The notes beneath the pieces were generated by a model. It did no database searches, had not been told where the DNA came from, and was given only the letters and a program-made list of their open reading frames with translations. This document shows positions 1-11,233 of a stretch of 32,000 nt of DNA, piece after piece. The position numbers and the translations under genes are program-made. The DNA is from Candidatus Saccharimonadota bacterium (GTDB taxonomy: Bacteria; Patescibacteriota; Gracilibacteria; BD1-5; UBA6164): assembly GCA_965227835.1 (NCBI GenBank), contig OZ245768.1, positions 510,001-542,000 of the forward strand. The letters are read 5' to 3'. Position 1 is the stretch's first letter; each line of letters opens with the position of its first letter.

Positions 1-123
1 CCAAGACATAATACCACTTGATTCCTTAAACATTCTTTCATAGTCTATAAATTGTTCAGGAGTTAGTTTCCTTTTAAGATTTTCTTTCGGAGAGAAATAA
101 TTTTTTATCTTTTCTAAATTCAT
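1..123 (-). CDS. hypothetical protein, N-terminal 41 codons only (continues past window start)
   Basis: ATG at 123..121 is open to position 1: MNLEKIKNYFSPKENLKRKLTPEQFIDYERMFKESSGIMSW. A canonical promoter lies just upstream. No family recognised. Confidence 0.45.
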   Translation of the reverse strand, partial: MNLEKIKNYFSPKENLKRKLTPEQFIDYERMFKESSGIMSW

Positions 124-155
124 TTTTTATGTACTATATAGATTTTATATTTAAC

Positions 156-183
156 ACTATAGTTGTATAATACATATTGTCAA
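156..183 (-). promoter_or_regulatory. sigma70-like promoter TTGACA-N16-TATAGT
   Basis: On the minus strand, TTGACA is at 183..178 and TATAGT at 161..156, about 30 nt upstream of the ATG at 123. Confidence 0.5.
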
Positions 184-200
184 TTACAAAAAGTAGAATT

Positions 201-238
201 TAAAAGAAAACCCTCAAGTTTTAAAACTTGGGGGTTTT
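201..238 (-). terminator. rho-independent terminator downstream of the YtxH-like gene
   Basis: Hairpin AAAACCCTCAAGTT-TTAA-AACTTGGGGGTTTT (207-238, one G-T pair). On the minus strand it is followed by TTTTCTTTT. Confidence 0.6.
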
Positions 239-328
239 GTAAATTATTTAAAAATTTTATTTTAAAAAATTATCTAAAAAATCTTTACTTTTATAATAAC
301 GAAATAATTTTGCCATGACTCCTTAAAT

Positions 329-808
329 CTATTTAATTTTTTTTACAATTTCATCTTTTATTTGCATAGCTCAAGATAAAATCTTATCTTTCAGCTCCAA
401 AGCTTTTTGAGGAGCTATTTCTTTTATTTCATCAATTTTATCTTTTTGCTCATCATAGATTTTATCTAATTCATCTAATCAAGCCTTAGCTGAATTTTTT
501 CATTTATTTTCTAAATCTTTCAAAGTTTTCTCTGCTTTTTTCATATAAGCATTTGATAATTTTAAAAGTTCTTGTTTTTTGGTTTCAAATTTTTTTCTAT
601 TCTCAGGAGTCAAAATTTCTTTTTTTAAAGATTCAAATAATTCTTTTTGAGTATCAGTAAAGTCTTGAATTAAAAAAGCAAAAACATCTCATCAATCTTT
701 TTTTATTTTTTCAATTTTTTTCTTTTTTTTAGGATCAAGAGACGAAACAATCATAGATCAAGCTATGTATCATCAAATAAGAGCAATAGATTTTCAAAGA
801 AATCACAT
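329..808 (-). CDS. YtxH-like general stress/membrane-associated protein (159 aa)
   Basis: Table-25 translation MGFLGKSIALIGGYIAGSMIVSSLDPKKKK... followed by a long Lys/Glu coiled coil. The N-terminal glycine-zipper helix only appears when the six in-frame TGA in it are Gly. Length is 480 nt, stop TAG. Confidence 0.65.
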
Positions 809-988
809 ACATTTGTTTATTAAGCGAATAAAATTATTTTTGTAAAAGCATTTTTATTAAGATAAAAAGCATTTTATGATAAAATCATTATATATTTTTT
901 GAAATTTATCGCAAAATATTTTTGTCTTTTAAGACTAAATTTATAATATTGCTTTCAAAAAAATACATTAAAAAATAACAAACAAAAT

Positions 989-3541
989 ATGAGTTACAAA
1001 AATTTTTCTGAAAAATATAAAGAAACACTTATAAATTCTGAGATTAAAGTCAAAGAAATATGAATAAAAGATTTAAGAATAGAAGATGTATTTTTAGAAA
1101 TCGTAGCAACGGTATCATTGGCAACAAAAGATGTATTTACTCTATATTGAATAGATGAAAAATTAGTTATGGAAATAATAAATCAATGAGAATTAAACGA
1201 AAAACCAGAAAAAAGAAAATGAGTATATTCTTGAATGAACAGTGAATTAAAAAACATAATATTATCAAGTGTAAAAATTGCTGCAAACTTCAAGAAACCA
1301 AAAGCAAGTATAGAAGATTTTATATTAGCACTATTACAAAACTCCTCTTGGTTACCTAACTTTTTAGACTATATTGGAATAATTCCAAGTGATTTAGAAA
1401 CAAATATAATAGACCTAAACAAAGCATGAATATCTGATTGAGAACAAATTTGAAGCGAGGCAACTAAAAATGAAATAGACGAACTTCTTTGAAGTCTAAC
1501 ACAAAATCTATTTGAATGATTATCATCAGGAATGTCTACACCATTTGATTGAAATAAAAAAGTGGAAAACAAAAAAGATTATGAATCTGAAACACCTATA
1601 CTAGACTTTTTTTCTGAAGATCTTACACATTTAGCCCGTGAAGACAAAATAGACAAGGTAATTTGAAGAGAAGTTGAAATAAACAGATTAATAGCAATAT
1701 TAAACAGAAAAACAAAAAATAACCCTGTATTAATATGAGAACCATGAGTAGGTAAAACAGCAGTAGTAGAATGATTAGCAAGAGCAGTAGCTAACTCAAA
1801 AGTACCTTTTTCAATGAAAAACAAAAAAATACTTGCTCTTGATATAAATTCAATGGTAGCTTGAACAAAATACAGATGAGAGTTTGAAAGCAGAATAAAA
1901 CAAGTTATAGAAGAAGCCTCAAAAATAGAAAATGAAATAATACTTTTTATAGATGAAATACATACAATAATATGAGCTTGATCATGAGAATGAACACTAG
2001 ATGCATCAAATATATTAAAACCTGCTATGTGAAGATGAAAAATAAGAATAATATGAGCAACTACAGGTAATGAATACAAAAAATACATAGAAAAAGATTC
2101 TGCACTTGAAAGAAGATTACAAAAAATAGAAGTGTCAGAACCTGATTATAAAACATCTCTTGAAATAATTTGATGATTAAAAGAAACTTTTGAAGAATAT
2201 CATAATCTAAATATAAACGATGATGCTGTAGAAGAAGCAGTAGTCTTGGCTACTAGATATATAACAGATAGATATTTACCAGACAAAGCAATAGATTTAA
2301 TAGATGAAGCATGTAGTTTAAAATCAATGACTTACAATTTTGATGAAAAAGAAACTAAAAAAATAAAAGAAGATTTAGCTAAAACAAACAAATTAGTTGA
2401 AGAAGCTGTAATATCTTCTGATTATAAAAAAGCTTCAAGACTAAAAGAAAAGGCTTTAAAATTGAAAGAAAGTATAACAAAAACAAGACAAAAGTTCAAA
2501 ATACCAAAAAAAGATAGGTTAAATATAAAAAAACAAGATATTCAAAAAGTGCTTAGTATGAGTTCTGGAATACCTGTAGAAAATCTAAGTACTCAAGAAA
2601 TAACAAGGCTGAAAAATCTGTCAAAAGCTCTAAAAGAGAAAATAATAGGTCAGCAAAAAGCAATAGAAGATATAGTAAAATCTATAATGAGAAGTAAAAC
2701 TGGAATATGAGACGAAAACAGACCTCTTTGAAGTTTTTTATTTTTATGACCAACATGAGTGGGTAAAACAGAGTTAGTAAAAACTCTAGCAAGAGAATTT
2801 TATTTGGATAAAGATGCTTTGATAAAAATAGATATGAGTGAATATTCAGATAAAACTTCAGTAAACAAATTGATATGATCCAATGCATGATATGTTTGAT
2901 ATGAGGAATGATGACTTTTAACCGAAAGAGTAAGAAAAAAACCCTACAGCATAGTACTTTTTGATGAAATAGAAAAATGAGATTTTGAGGTATTCAATAT
3001 ATTATTACAAATACTTGAAGATTGAGTATTAACCGATAATAAATGAAAAAAAGTTAACTTCAAAAATACTATAATAATAATGACCAGTAACATATGAGCA
3101 GATGAATTTAACGAAAAAGCTCAATTAATAGGTTTTGATGTTTCTGAAAAATGAGAGGAAAAAGTGATGAGAGATTTTGAAAAAGCAAAAGAAAATGTAG
3201 TTTCTCACTTAGATGATTATTTTTCTCCGGAGTTTATAAATAGAATAGATAAAATAACAGTATTCTCCCCTCTTGATAAAATATCTATCAAAAAAATAAC
3301 TTCACTACAACTAAAAGGTCTAGAAGAGAGACTGCAAAAAAAATCTATTTCTATAACTTATGATAATATAGTTTTAAATTTTATAACAAAAAATGTATAT
3401 AATCCAGAGTTTTGAGCAAGGGAGGTTAGAAGATATATTATAGACGAAATAGAAGATAAAATAGCAGAAAAAATAATAGCTTACCCAAAGAAAAAAGCTT
3501 TTGAAATAAATATAAATAAAAATAACTTGACAATTATATAA
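989..3541 (+). CDS. clpC: ClpC-type AAA+ ATP-dependent chaperone/protease ATPase subunit (850 aa)
   Basis: Continuous only under table 25 (about 40 in-frame TGA by hand count). Walker A1 is [17 protein letters not shown] (TGA at 1736 and 1745). Other motifs: [33 protein letters not shown] and [14 protein letters not shown]. The short UVR-like linker ([11 protein letters not shown]) is ClpC-like rather than ClpB-like. Walker A2 is [19 protein letters not shown] (TGA at 2747 and 2756). Further motifs: [22 protein letters not shown] and GAREVRRYI. The track ORFs at 1235, 2246 and 3164 are all in this frame. Confidence 0.93.
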
Positions 3542-3590
3542 TAATAGATAAAATAGTTTTTACTATTTTAATTTATTATTTATAAAAACT

Positions 3591-4412
3591 ATGGAAAAAA
3601 TACACCCTTTAGTTGCAAAATGCTATGAAAAAGCAAAAAAAGATTTGAATTATAGCTGAAACATATCAGATACATTAGATCGTATTAATATTATTTTAAT
3701 TAATGATCAAAAAGGTAAAAAAAATAAAAAAATAAATAATGTTGAATGGAATGACATAGATCAATATTTATCTGATAGTATAAGTAAACAAGAAGTAATT
3801 AAATCCGTTAAAAACATTTGTATGTCTTTAGTAAGTTCAGAAAAAAGAGAACTTTTAAAACCCTATGTTAGTCGTATAGACCCAAAAAAATTAGCTTTTA
3901 TTTTAGATAAATTATCATATGAAATGATAGAGGCAATCGAAGCTAAAAATTTGGCAAATAAAAAAATGGGGCTACCAATGATAGGCACCATATATCGTAT
4001 AGACGGTTGATACTTAAAAGGTTCTTGACAAAATAAAAATTATATTAGATATTCAGATATAATTAAAGATTGTTGATGAAAAAGATTTGTATATAATAGT
4101 TGTGCAATACCACATTATAAACTTACGGAAATCTTAGAAAATTATGATGAAACAATTAATGACAATACAATAATTAAAAATTTGATTAATTGAAAAATTT
4201 ACCTAAGAAAAGTAAATAATATTATTAATGCTTTAGGGACAAAAAAATGAAAAATAATAGGATGGAAAATAATACTTAAATTGGAATGGGAGCAAATAGT
4301 TGCTATTTGAAAAAGTTTAGAATGTAGCGATATAGAAAAAATATGAGCTGAAAATTTAAAAACTATGAGTGTTTTAGAAATAGAAAATTATAGAAGTAAT
4401 TATGGAGATTAA
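3591..4412 (+). CDS. hypothetical protein (273 aa)
   Basis: Open under table 25 from ATG 3591 to TAA 4410-4412, and the track ORF 3822-4010 is in the same frame. No signal peptide and no recognisable motif. Confidence 0.6.
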
Positions 4413-4464
4413 AACTTAATTAAAATATTATTATTTAAATATCAAAAGTAAATTTAAGAAAAAA

Positions 4465-4494
4465 ATAGAAACATAATATGTTTCTATTTTTTTT
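4465..4494 (+). terminator. rho-independent terminator (symmetric, potentially bidirectional)
   Basis: ATAGAAACAT-AAT-ATGTTTCTAT is a perfect 10-bp stem. It is preceded by an A-run and followed by TTTTTTT. Confidence 0.7.
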
Positions 4495-4553
4495 GTAATT
4501 ATCCAAAAACTCTTTATAATCTGAAAAAATAAAAAACTTCATAAAATAAAAAA

Positions 4554-6227
4554 ATGAAAAAAAGCATTTTTTTAACAATATTAGTAATAATAATATCTCA
4601 AGTTAAAATAACTTGAGCTTTTCTTGGTTCTGATTTATGATTAGATCTATACAAAAATTTAGATGAATGATTAAAAAGTTTTGAAGAATCTCAATATGTA
4701 TATGAACTAAGTGGACAAGAAAAACAAGATATTTCTGAAAAAATAAATACTCAGCTAGAAAGTGAAAATATAAAAGGTTGTCTAATATCATGAATAAATC
4801 CAGTAACAATTGAGAGTATAGCTAAATGAAATATATGAGATTTGATAGAAAACTTAGAAGAAAAAGAAGAATGTTGATACAATGAACAAACAGAAAAATT
4901 TGATTCTCTAAATGCAACGGAAATCTGACAATTTATATCAGAAATATCAAAAATAACCAGTATAACAAAAGACAAAGCAGAGAAAAAAGCAAAAGCTATA
5001 TATGAAACTTCAAGAATATGAATGTATAGTGATTGAGACACTAAAAATTCTCCATTTGATTTAATTGAGGATATAAGCCAAATAGATGAAGTTATATTTA
5101 GTGAAATAGTGGAATATGAATGAGATGAAAATAGTTTTCTACAAGACTCGGCAAGAAAATACATATGAGATTATATTATACAATGACCCGATTCCCCTAC
5201 TAATTTAATAGACCCAGAAGAAGACAAAGAAAATCAACCAAATAAAGAAGATTGAGAAGAATTAGAAGAGGTAGAAATTGAAGAAATACCAAAAGAAGCC
5301 TATCTAAATTTAGATGGAAATAGTTATATGTGTATAGAGGAAACAAATGAGTCTTGATTGAGTAATGATTCTCTAAATTTATTAAATGAAAGTTTAAGTA
5401 TGACCTGATCAGCAGATATGAGCTTTAACTTTGCTTACTATTGATGACATGTTAAACTGCCAAATTCAAATAAAATAGAAATACCCGACCTAAACTCTAA
5501 TAATTATAGCAATTCCTATGTTAAAATTAATGACAATTCATCTTGGGGATGTAATAGGTTTTTCTGTATAACAATAGATTTTGTAGTAAAAAAACAAAAA
5601 GCACTTTGATGATATAAAAATAAAAAAACAATAGAGTGAGTACTTAACGAATCAAACAAACACTTAAAAAAATGAGCAAACACATCTCTAGCTCAATCAA
5701 AAATGACTACCAACAATTTTGAGTTAAACTTAAGAGATATAAATATGCCAGAAATGTTTCATTTATGACTTGTAGTAATGAAGAAAGCACCTCCTATATT
5801 AAATCTAGAAAATATTACTCAAAAGCAAGAAAGCTGAGAAAATCAAAGTTGAAATAGCCAAAATGTTTTAAATATGCTTAGAAAAAAGTACAAGAGCCTG
5901 TGACTTGATTATAATAATTCTAATGATATTAGAAATTTTTTAAGAAAAGATGAAGAAGTATTATCAATAATTAGCTCCATAGAAAATTCCTCAACAAGAG
6001 CAGAAAAATTAATGAACGAATATAGAGAATCATTAAGATTAGAATCAAAGATAGTAGAATATCAAAATTATGAAGAAAAAAAAGAAATAAAAAACAACCT
6101 ACTAAAAGATTTTGGTGAAAAATTCTTTGAATTAGAACAGTTTACAAGCAACCTTTTAGAATATTCCCAGAATTTATGAAAACTAGTAAAAAAACTAGAT
6201 GAAGATATACCAACCTACAGCTGATAA
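4554..6227 (+). CDS. secreted hypothetical protein (557 aa), acidic, Cys-containing
   Basis: N-terminal signal-like segment MKKSIFLTILVIIISQVKITGAFLG. Open under table 25 to TAA 6225-6227 (the last sense codon is TGA). The central hydrophobic motif NRFFCITIDFVV and the C-terminal coiled coil match no family I recognise. Confidence 0.65.
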
Positions 6228-6261
6228 AATCTATTGCAATTAACTACCCTATTTTCTATCT

Positions 6262-6356
6262 GTTATACTCCCCCCTCTCCTCCAAAAGGAGAGGGGTTAG
6301 GGGGTGAGGGTTTACTTGTATTAGAGTGGAGCATCGCTCAAGCTAGAGTGAGGGCT
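6262..6356. other. GC-rich structured island (hairpin plus short direct repeats) in an AT-rich intergenic region
   Basis: CCCCTCTCC-TCCAAAA-GGAGAGGGG is a 9-bp G/C stem (6272-6296). It is followed by GGGGGTGAGGG, a small GAGC-ATC-GCTC hairpin, and duplicated TAGAGTG(A/G)G (6322 and 6344). There is no T-tract after the main stem. Confidence 0.5.
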
Positions 6357-6426
6357 ATAATGTTATGCTAAAGATAGCTAAATTCAAAAATTGTGATAAA
6401 AAACTAAAAAATAAATTTAAAGTTTT

Positions 6427-7731
6427 ATGAGAAAAACAAGACACATTCTAATGATAATATTTCTATTATTTATTATATCAAAAAATACAAATATAGCATC
6501 AGCATCACAATGTAGAATAGACTCTACTCCAAGCTATATACTTGATTACATAAAAGATACTAGAAAGATAATATCAAATATGCAAAATACTGCTACAAAA
6601 AAGAAAGACAAAGAAGAAAAAAGTATTATATGAGAAGAAAATACTAGAAGTTTTAACAAACTATATTGAGTTTATAACTCTATGTTTTCGTGGTGATCAT
6701 ACAATCTAAATTTCGCATATTACATGTGAGGAATAAAAAAAGAAATTCCTAAACAAATAAAAAGAGATATAGAAATACTTGAAAGAGAAAGTGAAAATAT
6801 ATCAAAAAAATTTAGAGATTTTACAAGAAAATGAATAAGTGATATAGAACTAACAAAAGAAGAAATATGTAAGGATATTAAAGATTCATCCAGCAGATGT
6901 TGAGGTCTAAATAATTCAGACTCAATAGAAATACTAAAAAAATTATTAAAATCTACAGATTCTCTTATATGATATATGAAAAACAATGCAGTAGATAAAG
7001 ATTATTATCAAGAAGAAACTTATTTTTTACTATGAGAAGAAACACTATTAAATATAAAAATAGATTATTCTAAAACCAGTATAGAAGAGTGCAATAAAAG
7101 CGATTGAGAGGAAAAATGATTTTTTAGGACAATTCGTGAAAGAATAGAACAAATAAGTATTACTTGAAAAAACAATGAAAAATCTATGCAAGAATGGAGA
7201 AATGCCATAAATCTTTTATGGTGAGATGCAAGTGATGAAGAATACAGAAAATTAGAAGCAAAACTGCTAGCTAGTGAGTTGGCAAAACAATGAATATCAT
7301 GAGACAGAGCTAAAACAATTATGTGAAATTTAGAAGCATATAATAAGAACTGAAGTCTTTTATGATGAGAAGAATGATTTTTCAACTCATTAAAAAAACA
7401 AGCAGATGAACTAGATCAAGTAGTTAAGGAATTGGAAAAAAAAGTAGATAGATCATTAGATACATACATATCCGTAAAAGATTTTGATTCTAAAACTCTT
7501 ATTATAAAGAAAACAGAGGATATAAAAATATCTATAAATTCTATATATGCTATACTTAAAGAAGCTTCTTTAGAAAATGATGAAACTGTATGAAACTTAA
7601 AAGGACAAATGGAAAAAATGCATATTAATCTGTCTCAATGAATAAACAGCTTAGTTGATACTTGTCAGATATCTGTAAAGGTATGTGAAAGCCAAAAAAA
7701 ATGATTAACACCTTGTTGAAAATGTAATTAA
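6427..7731 (+). CDS. secreted hypothetical protein (434 aa), Cys-containing
   Basis: Signal peptide MRKTRHILMIIFLLFIISKNTNIASA. Open under table 25 to TAA 7729-7731. The C-terminus CQISVKVCESQKKGLTPCGKCN is Cys-rich. The standard code truncates it at 68 aa. Confidence 0.7.
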
Positions 7732-7773
7732 AGTTTAAAAGAAAGTTTAAAATTCCTTGTCATTTTTATAATA

Positions 7774-7921
7774 TTCCAACAGATGGCTTTAGCCATTTGA
7801 TGATTAAGGTTTTCAACAGATTACCTTAGCCATTTGATGATTAAGGTTTTCAACAGATTACCTTAGCCATTTGATGATTAAGATTTTCAACAGATGGCTT
7901 TAGTCATTTGAATATTATGAC
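7774..7921. repeat. tandem direct repeat, 4 copies of 37 bp
   Basis: The unit is TTTCAACAGATTACCTTAGCCATTTGATGATTAAGGT. Copies start at 7774, 7811, 7848 and 7885. Outer copies 1 and 4 carry the palindromic core ATGGCT-TT-AGCCAT (AGTCAT in copy 4). Inner copies 2 and 3 have ATTACC-TT-AGCCAT. The array lies between the secreted-protein gene and map. Confidence 0.9.
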
Positions 7922-7952
7922 CTTATAAAATTTAAATTTTTCAAATAAAGAA

Positions 7953-8699
7953 ATGCTAACAAAAAGAGAAGTAAAACAGATGATGCAAAACGCAAAAGTA
8001 CACAAAAAAGTTTTTGAAGAAATAAAAAAAATAGCTTTTGAATGAACAAATATACAAGAAATAAATAAACTATGTGGAGATATAGCAAAAAAGCATAATA
8101 TGCTATGTGCCTTTAAGTGAGAATATTGATTTCCAGATAATATATGCATAAGTATAAATAGTGAAATAGCACATTGAAGATGAAGTAGGGATATAGTTCT
8201 AAAAAACGGGGATTTAGTTAATTTTGATTTTTGAATAAGAGACAAACACCTAAAAATAAACACTGATACAGGTTTTAGTGTTGTTATATGATGAGACAAA
8301 TACAATCCTATTGCAGCAAAAATGATAGAAGTAAATAAGAAAGCACTTGAAGTTTGAATATCTATGTGTAGATTATGAAATTATATAGGAGATATAAGTT
8401 CAGCAATAGAAAAAGAAGTAAAATCTTGATGATTTAAAGTAGTAAGAGACCTCACAGGGCACGGTATTTGAAAAAAAATACACGAAAGACCATATATTCC
8501 AAACTATTGAAAACCAAATACATGAGAAAAAATAAAAGAAGGTATGGTTTTATCAATAGAACCTCTAATTTGAGAAACTAGCTGAGATATAAGTCACGAA
8601 AAATGAGAGTGGGAAATATACATAAAAGATTGAAGTTTAGGTTGCCAATTTGAAAGTAATATATTGGTAACTAGATGATATCCTATAATAATTATATAG
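7953..8699 (+). CDS. map: type I methionine aminopeptidase (248 aa)
   Basis: Table-25 translation shows FKGEYGFPDNICISINSEIAHG, NFDFG, DLTGHGIGKKIHERP, VLSIEPLI and CQFESNILVT, the metal-ligand motif order of MetAP. Stop is TAG 8697-8699. Confidence 0.9.
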
Positions 8700-8938
8700 G
8701 ATTATTTTATTAGAAAAAAACTAATGGTGTTCCTCAAATTCTTAAATATGATAAAAATATCCAAGAATTATATTATTGGAATATTTCAAAAGCAACTATT
8801 GTAATAATCTTGATAGTTATTAATATTTAAAACTAGATTATTTCAAAAATCTAATTTTATAAATTATTAAGATAAAAAATTCAGTGTTTCAAAATTTAGC
8901 TATAATTAAAATATACATAAAATTGGAAATATATTAAT

Positions 8939-9862
8939 ATGTTATTTACAAAAGCACATATAAATTTCTTAAACTACCTAGAGGTAATTAAAAATAAATC
9001 ACAAAAAACTATTGAGCAATACGATAGGCATTTAAATAAATTTACTGGTTTCTTGGAAGATTCAAATATAGATAGTTATAAATTTGTAGTAGAAAAAATA
9101 GATTTAAATCTAGCAGACTCTTTTAGAGAGTATTTATATAAGTCCTCTGAAAAAAAAATAAATATAAAAACGGCAAATGCTTATATGATAACACTTAGAT
9201 CATTTTTAAAATACTTAGAAAAAAAATGATATAAAAGTTTATCAGCTACTTCTATAGATTTGATAAAAGCAGAACCAAGGCAGGTAGAATTTCTTACAAG
9301 AGATGAGCTAGAAAGGCTTTTTGAAACTCCAGACAAAGACAGTTTGATATGAAGTAGAGATATAGCAATAATGGAGATGATATATTCTACATGACTTAGA
9401 ATATCTGAACTAACAAGTTTGAATATTAGAGATATAGATTTAGAAAGAAAGGAATTTGCCATTAGAGGAAAATGAAGAAAAGTAAGAGTAGTTTATATGA
9501 CCTCAAAATCTCAAATACTTGTAAAACACTACCTAGAAAAAAGAAGAGATCATCTATCTCCTCTTTTTATAAGACACAATATTGATATGAATAATATAGA
9601 TGTACTAGAAGACGAAAAAGTAAGACTATCTAGATTTTTTATAACCAGTATGATAAAAAACTATTGAATAAAAGCAGGTATACTAAAAGATATTTCAGCT
9701 CATACTTTGAGACATTCTTTTGCAACAACCCTCCTTGAATCTGGAGCTGATCTAAGATCAATACAAGAAATGCTTTGACATTCAAGTATTTCAACAACTC
9801 AAGTTTATACTCATGTAACCAATAAAAAACTCAAAGAAATACACGAAAAATTTATGAGATAA
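8939..9862 (+). CDS. XerC/XerD-family tyrosine recombinase (307 aa)
   Basis: An N-terminal SAM-like core-binding region ([24 protein letters not shown]) is followed by a catalytic domain: [29 protein letters not shown] and [39 protein letters not shown]. Confidence 0.88.
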
Positions 9863-9897
9863 TTTTAAAAATTTCTCTTTAAAATAGTAAAAAATAT

Positions 9898-9933
9898 ATA
9901 TCTTATATGAATATTTGCATATAAGATATTTTT
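9898..9933 (+). terminator. rho-independent terminator after the recombinase gene
   Basis: ATATCTTATATG-N8-CATATAAGATAT is a perfect 12-bp stem followed by TTTT. Confidence 0.6.
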
Positions 9934-10009
9934 ATGATACTATAGTAAACGAATACAACAAGGTTTTAATAATAAAATATATTGTCTTATAATATATATA
10001 AAATATAAA

Positions 10010-11203
10010 ATGGTTAATAAAATATCAGAAAATCAACAATTAGATAGAATAACAAAACTTATCATAGACATTGAAAATAAAGAAATTAATAACTTGGAAG
10101 AAATTATTGATGTTCTTAATATTATAGATTCTTATAATCTTAAGTCAGAAAAATCTATTTTAAGCCAATTCAATCATGATACTAGAGGTTCTATTTCCCT
10201 TTTAGATGGATTTTTTAGTGCTTTATTTAACAATGATAAAAAAACTAAATCAGAATTAATTTTTAAAAAACTAAGTTGATTTAAATGAGTAAATAATGCT
10301 GAAGAAATAAAAAAACTTTTGAGTGGTTTTTTAATATATCATATAAAAAAATGTTTTTTAAATTTCTTATTGCTATTAGGTGAAAAAGAATGAATGGAAA
10401 TAAGAAAAACATCAGTTGACTTAAACCCATTTATATCAAAAATAAAAAAATACATAGATTCTAGAATTTGTATAGAACATATGTTTTATAGCGATATATG
10501 AAAAATGTCTAAATATAAAGATTCAAATTTTATAAGAATAAACAATAATATCCCAAAATGAGTACAAGTTTTATCAAACCCTAATTTACTACATGTAATA
10601 ATATATAATATAGTTAAAAATACAGTTTATCTTAAAAATATTATGAATATTAGGTTAGAGAATAATATAGAAAAGGACAGAATAAAATTAGAACAAGCTA
10701 GGTTTTTAGATAGTACAAAAGATATAGAAAGAATAGAAATAGATATAGATTTGATAGAAGAATCGGATTATCAATATATTATTATAAGAGATAATTTAAA
10801 TGGATGATTAGATTTAAACTGATTAAAAGATAATTTGAAACTTTTAATAAAAAAAGATCCTAATTTAAATTTTGTAGATGAAATTGATATAGAAGATCAA
10901 GAAAAAAAAGATTTGAGAAGTTGGGGAAAATGAAATTATGCTCTTTTTTCTAATACATTAAAAATACTTCCTAAACTAGTTTTTCTTGATAGAATGACTA
11001 CAAGAACTTCTTGAAGTTGAATATGACTTTATAGTGCAAAAACATTATCTGAGAAATTAAATACAAAATTAATGGTATTTGAACAAGCTCAATGATGAGT
11101 AGCCTTTTGTATTTGAATTCCTAGAAAAATTAATAGTGATATTTTAAATACTCAAGAAATGGAAGATAGGATTACGGAAATTCTTCATAAAAAAGTAGTT
11201 TAA
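10010..11203 (+). CDS. soluble histidine-kinase-like protein (HisKA-like H box plus HATPase_c), 397 aa
   Basis: H-box-like FNHDTRGSISLLDGFFSAL. N-box-like NIVKNTVYLKN. G1-like IIIRDNLNGGLD. G2-like RTSGSGIGLYSAKTLSEKLNTKLMVFEQAQGGVAFCIGIP. No TM segment, and no response regulator in the window. Confidence 0.6.
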
Positions 11204-11233
11204 TTTTATAATTTATTTTAATAATTTTTTTAT

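Noticed and set aside
257-316. 19-codon ORF (MAKLFRYYKSKDFLDNFLK) just downstream of the YtxH-like gene, preceded by AAGGAG
   Set aside because: The SD-like hexamer ends only 2 nt before the ATG, which is too close. The ORF is very short and lies between a stop codon and its terminator. It is kept only as a note because SD-like sequences are otherwise rare here.
1369-2088. Track minus-strand ORFs 1369-1572 and 1579-2088 (67 and 169 aa)
   Set aside because: They are antisense to clpC, whose + strand frame contains both Walker A/B sets. The same reasoning removes 2682-2888, 4603-5164, 6720-7385, 7904-8305 and 9181-9462 (all antisense to table-25 + strand genes). It also removes 15676-15879, 16171-16368, 18962-19168 and 25721-25933 (antisense to genes on the opposite strand).
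4496-4506. DnaA-box-like TTATCCAAA, which might hint at oriC
   Set aside because: It is a single copy with one mismatch to TTATCCACA. There is no cluster of boxes, no adjacent dnaA or dnaN, and it is expected by chance in AT-rich DNA. No DnaA-box cluster was seen in the 19807-20651 repeat region either.
7774-7921. 37-bp repeat array as a CRISPR array
   Set aside because: The repeats are directly abutting with no unique spacers. There are only four copies, and no cas genes are in the window.
8724-8804. 26-codon ORF (MVFLKFLNMIKISKNYIIGIFQKQLL) in the map-recombinase spacer
   Set aside because: It has no SD, promoter or terminator context, is short, and has a composition typical of random AT-rich ORFs.
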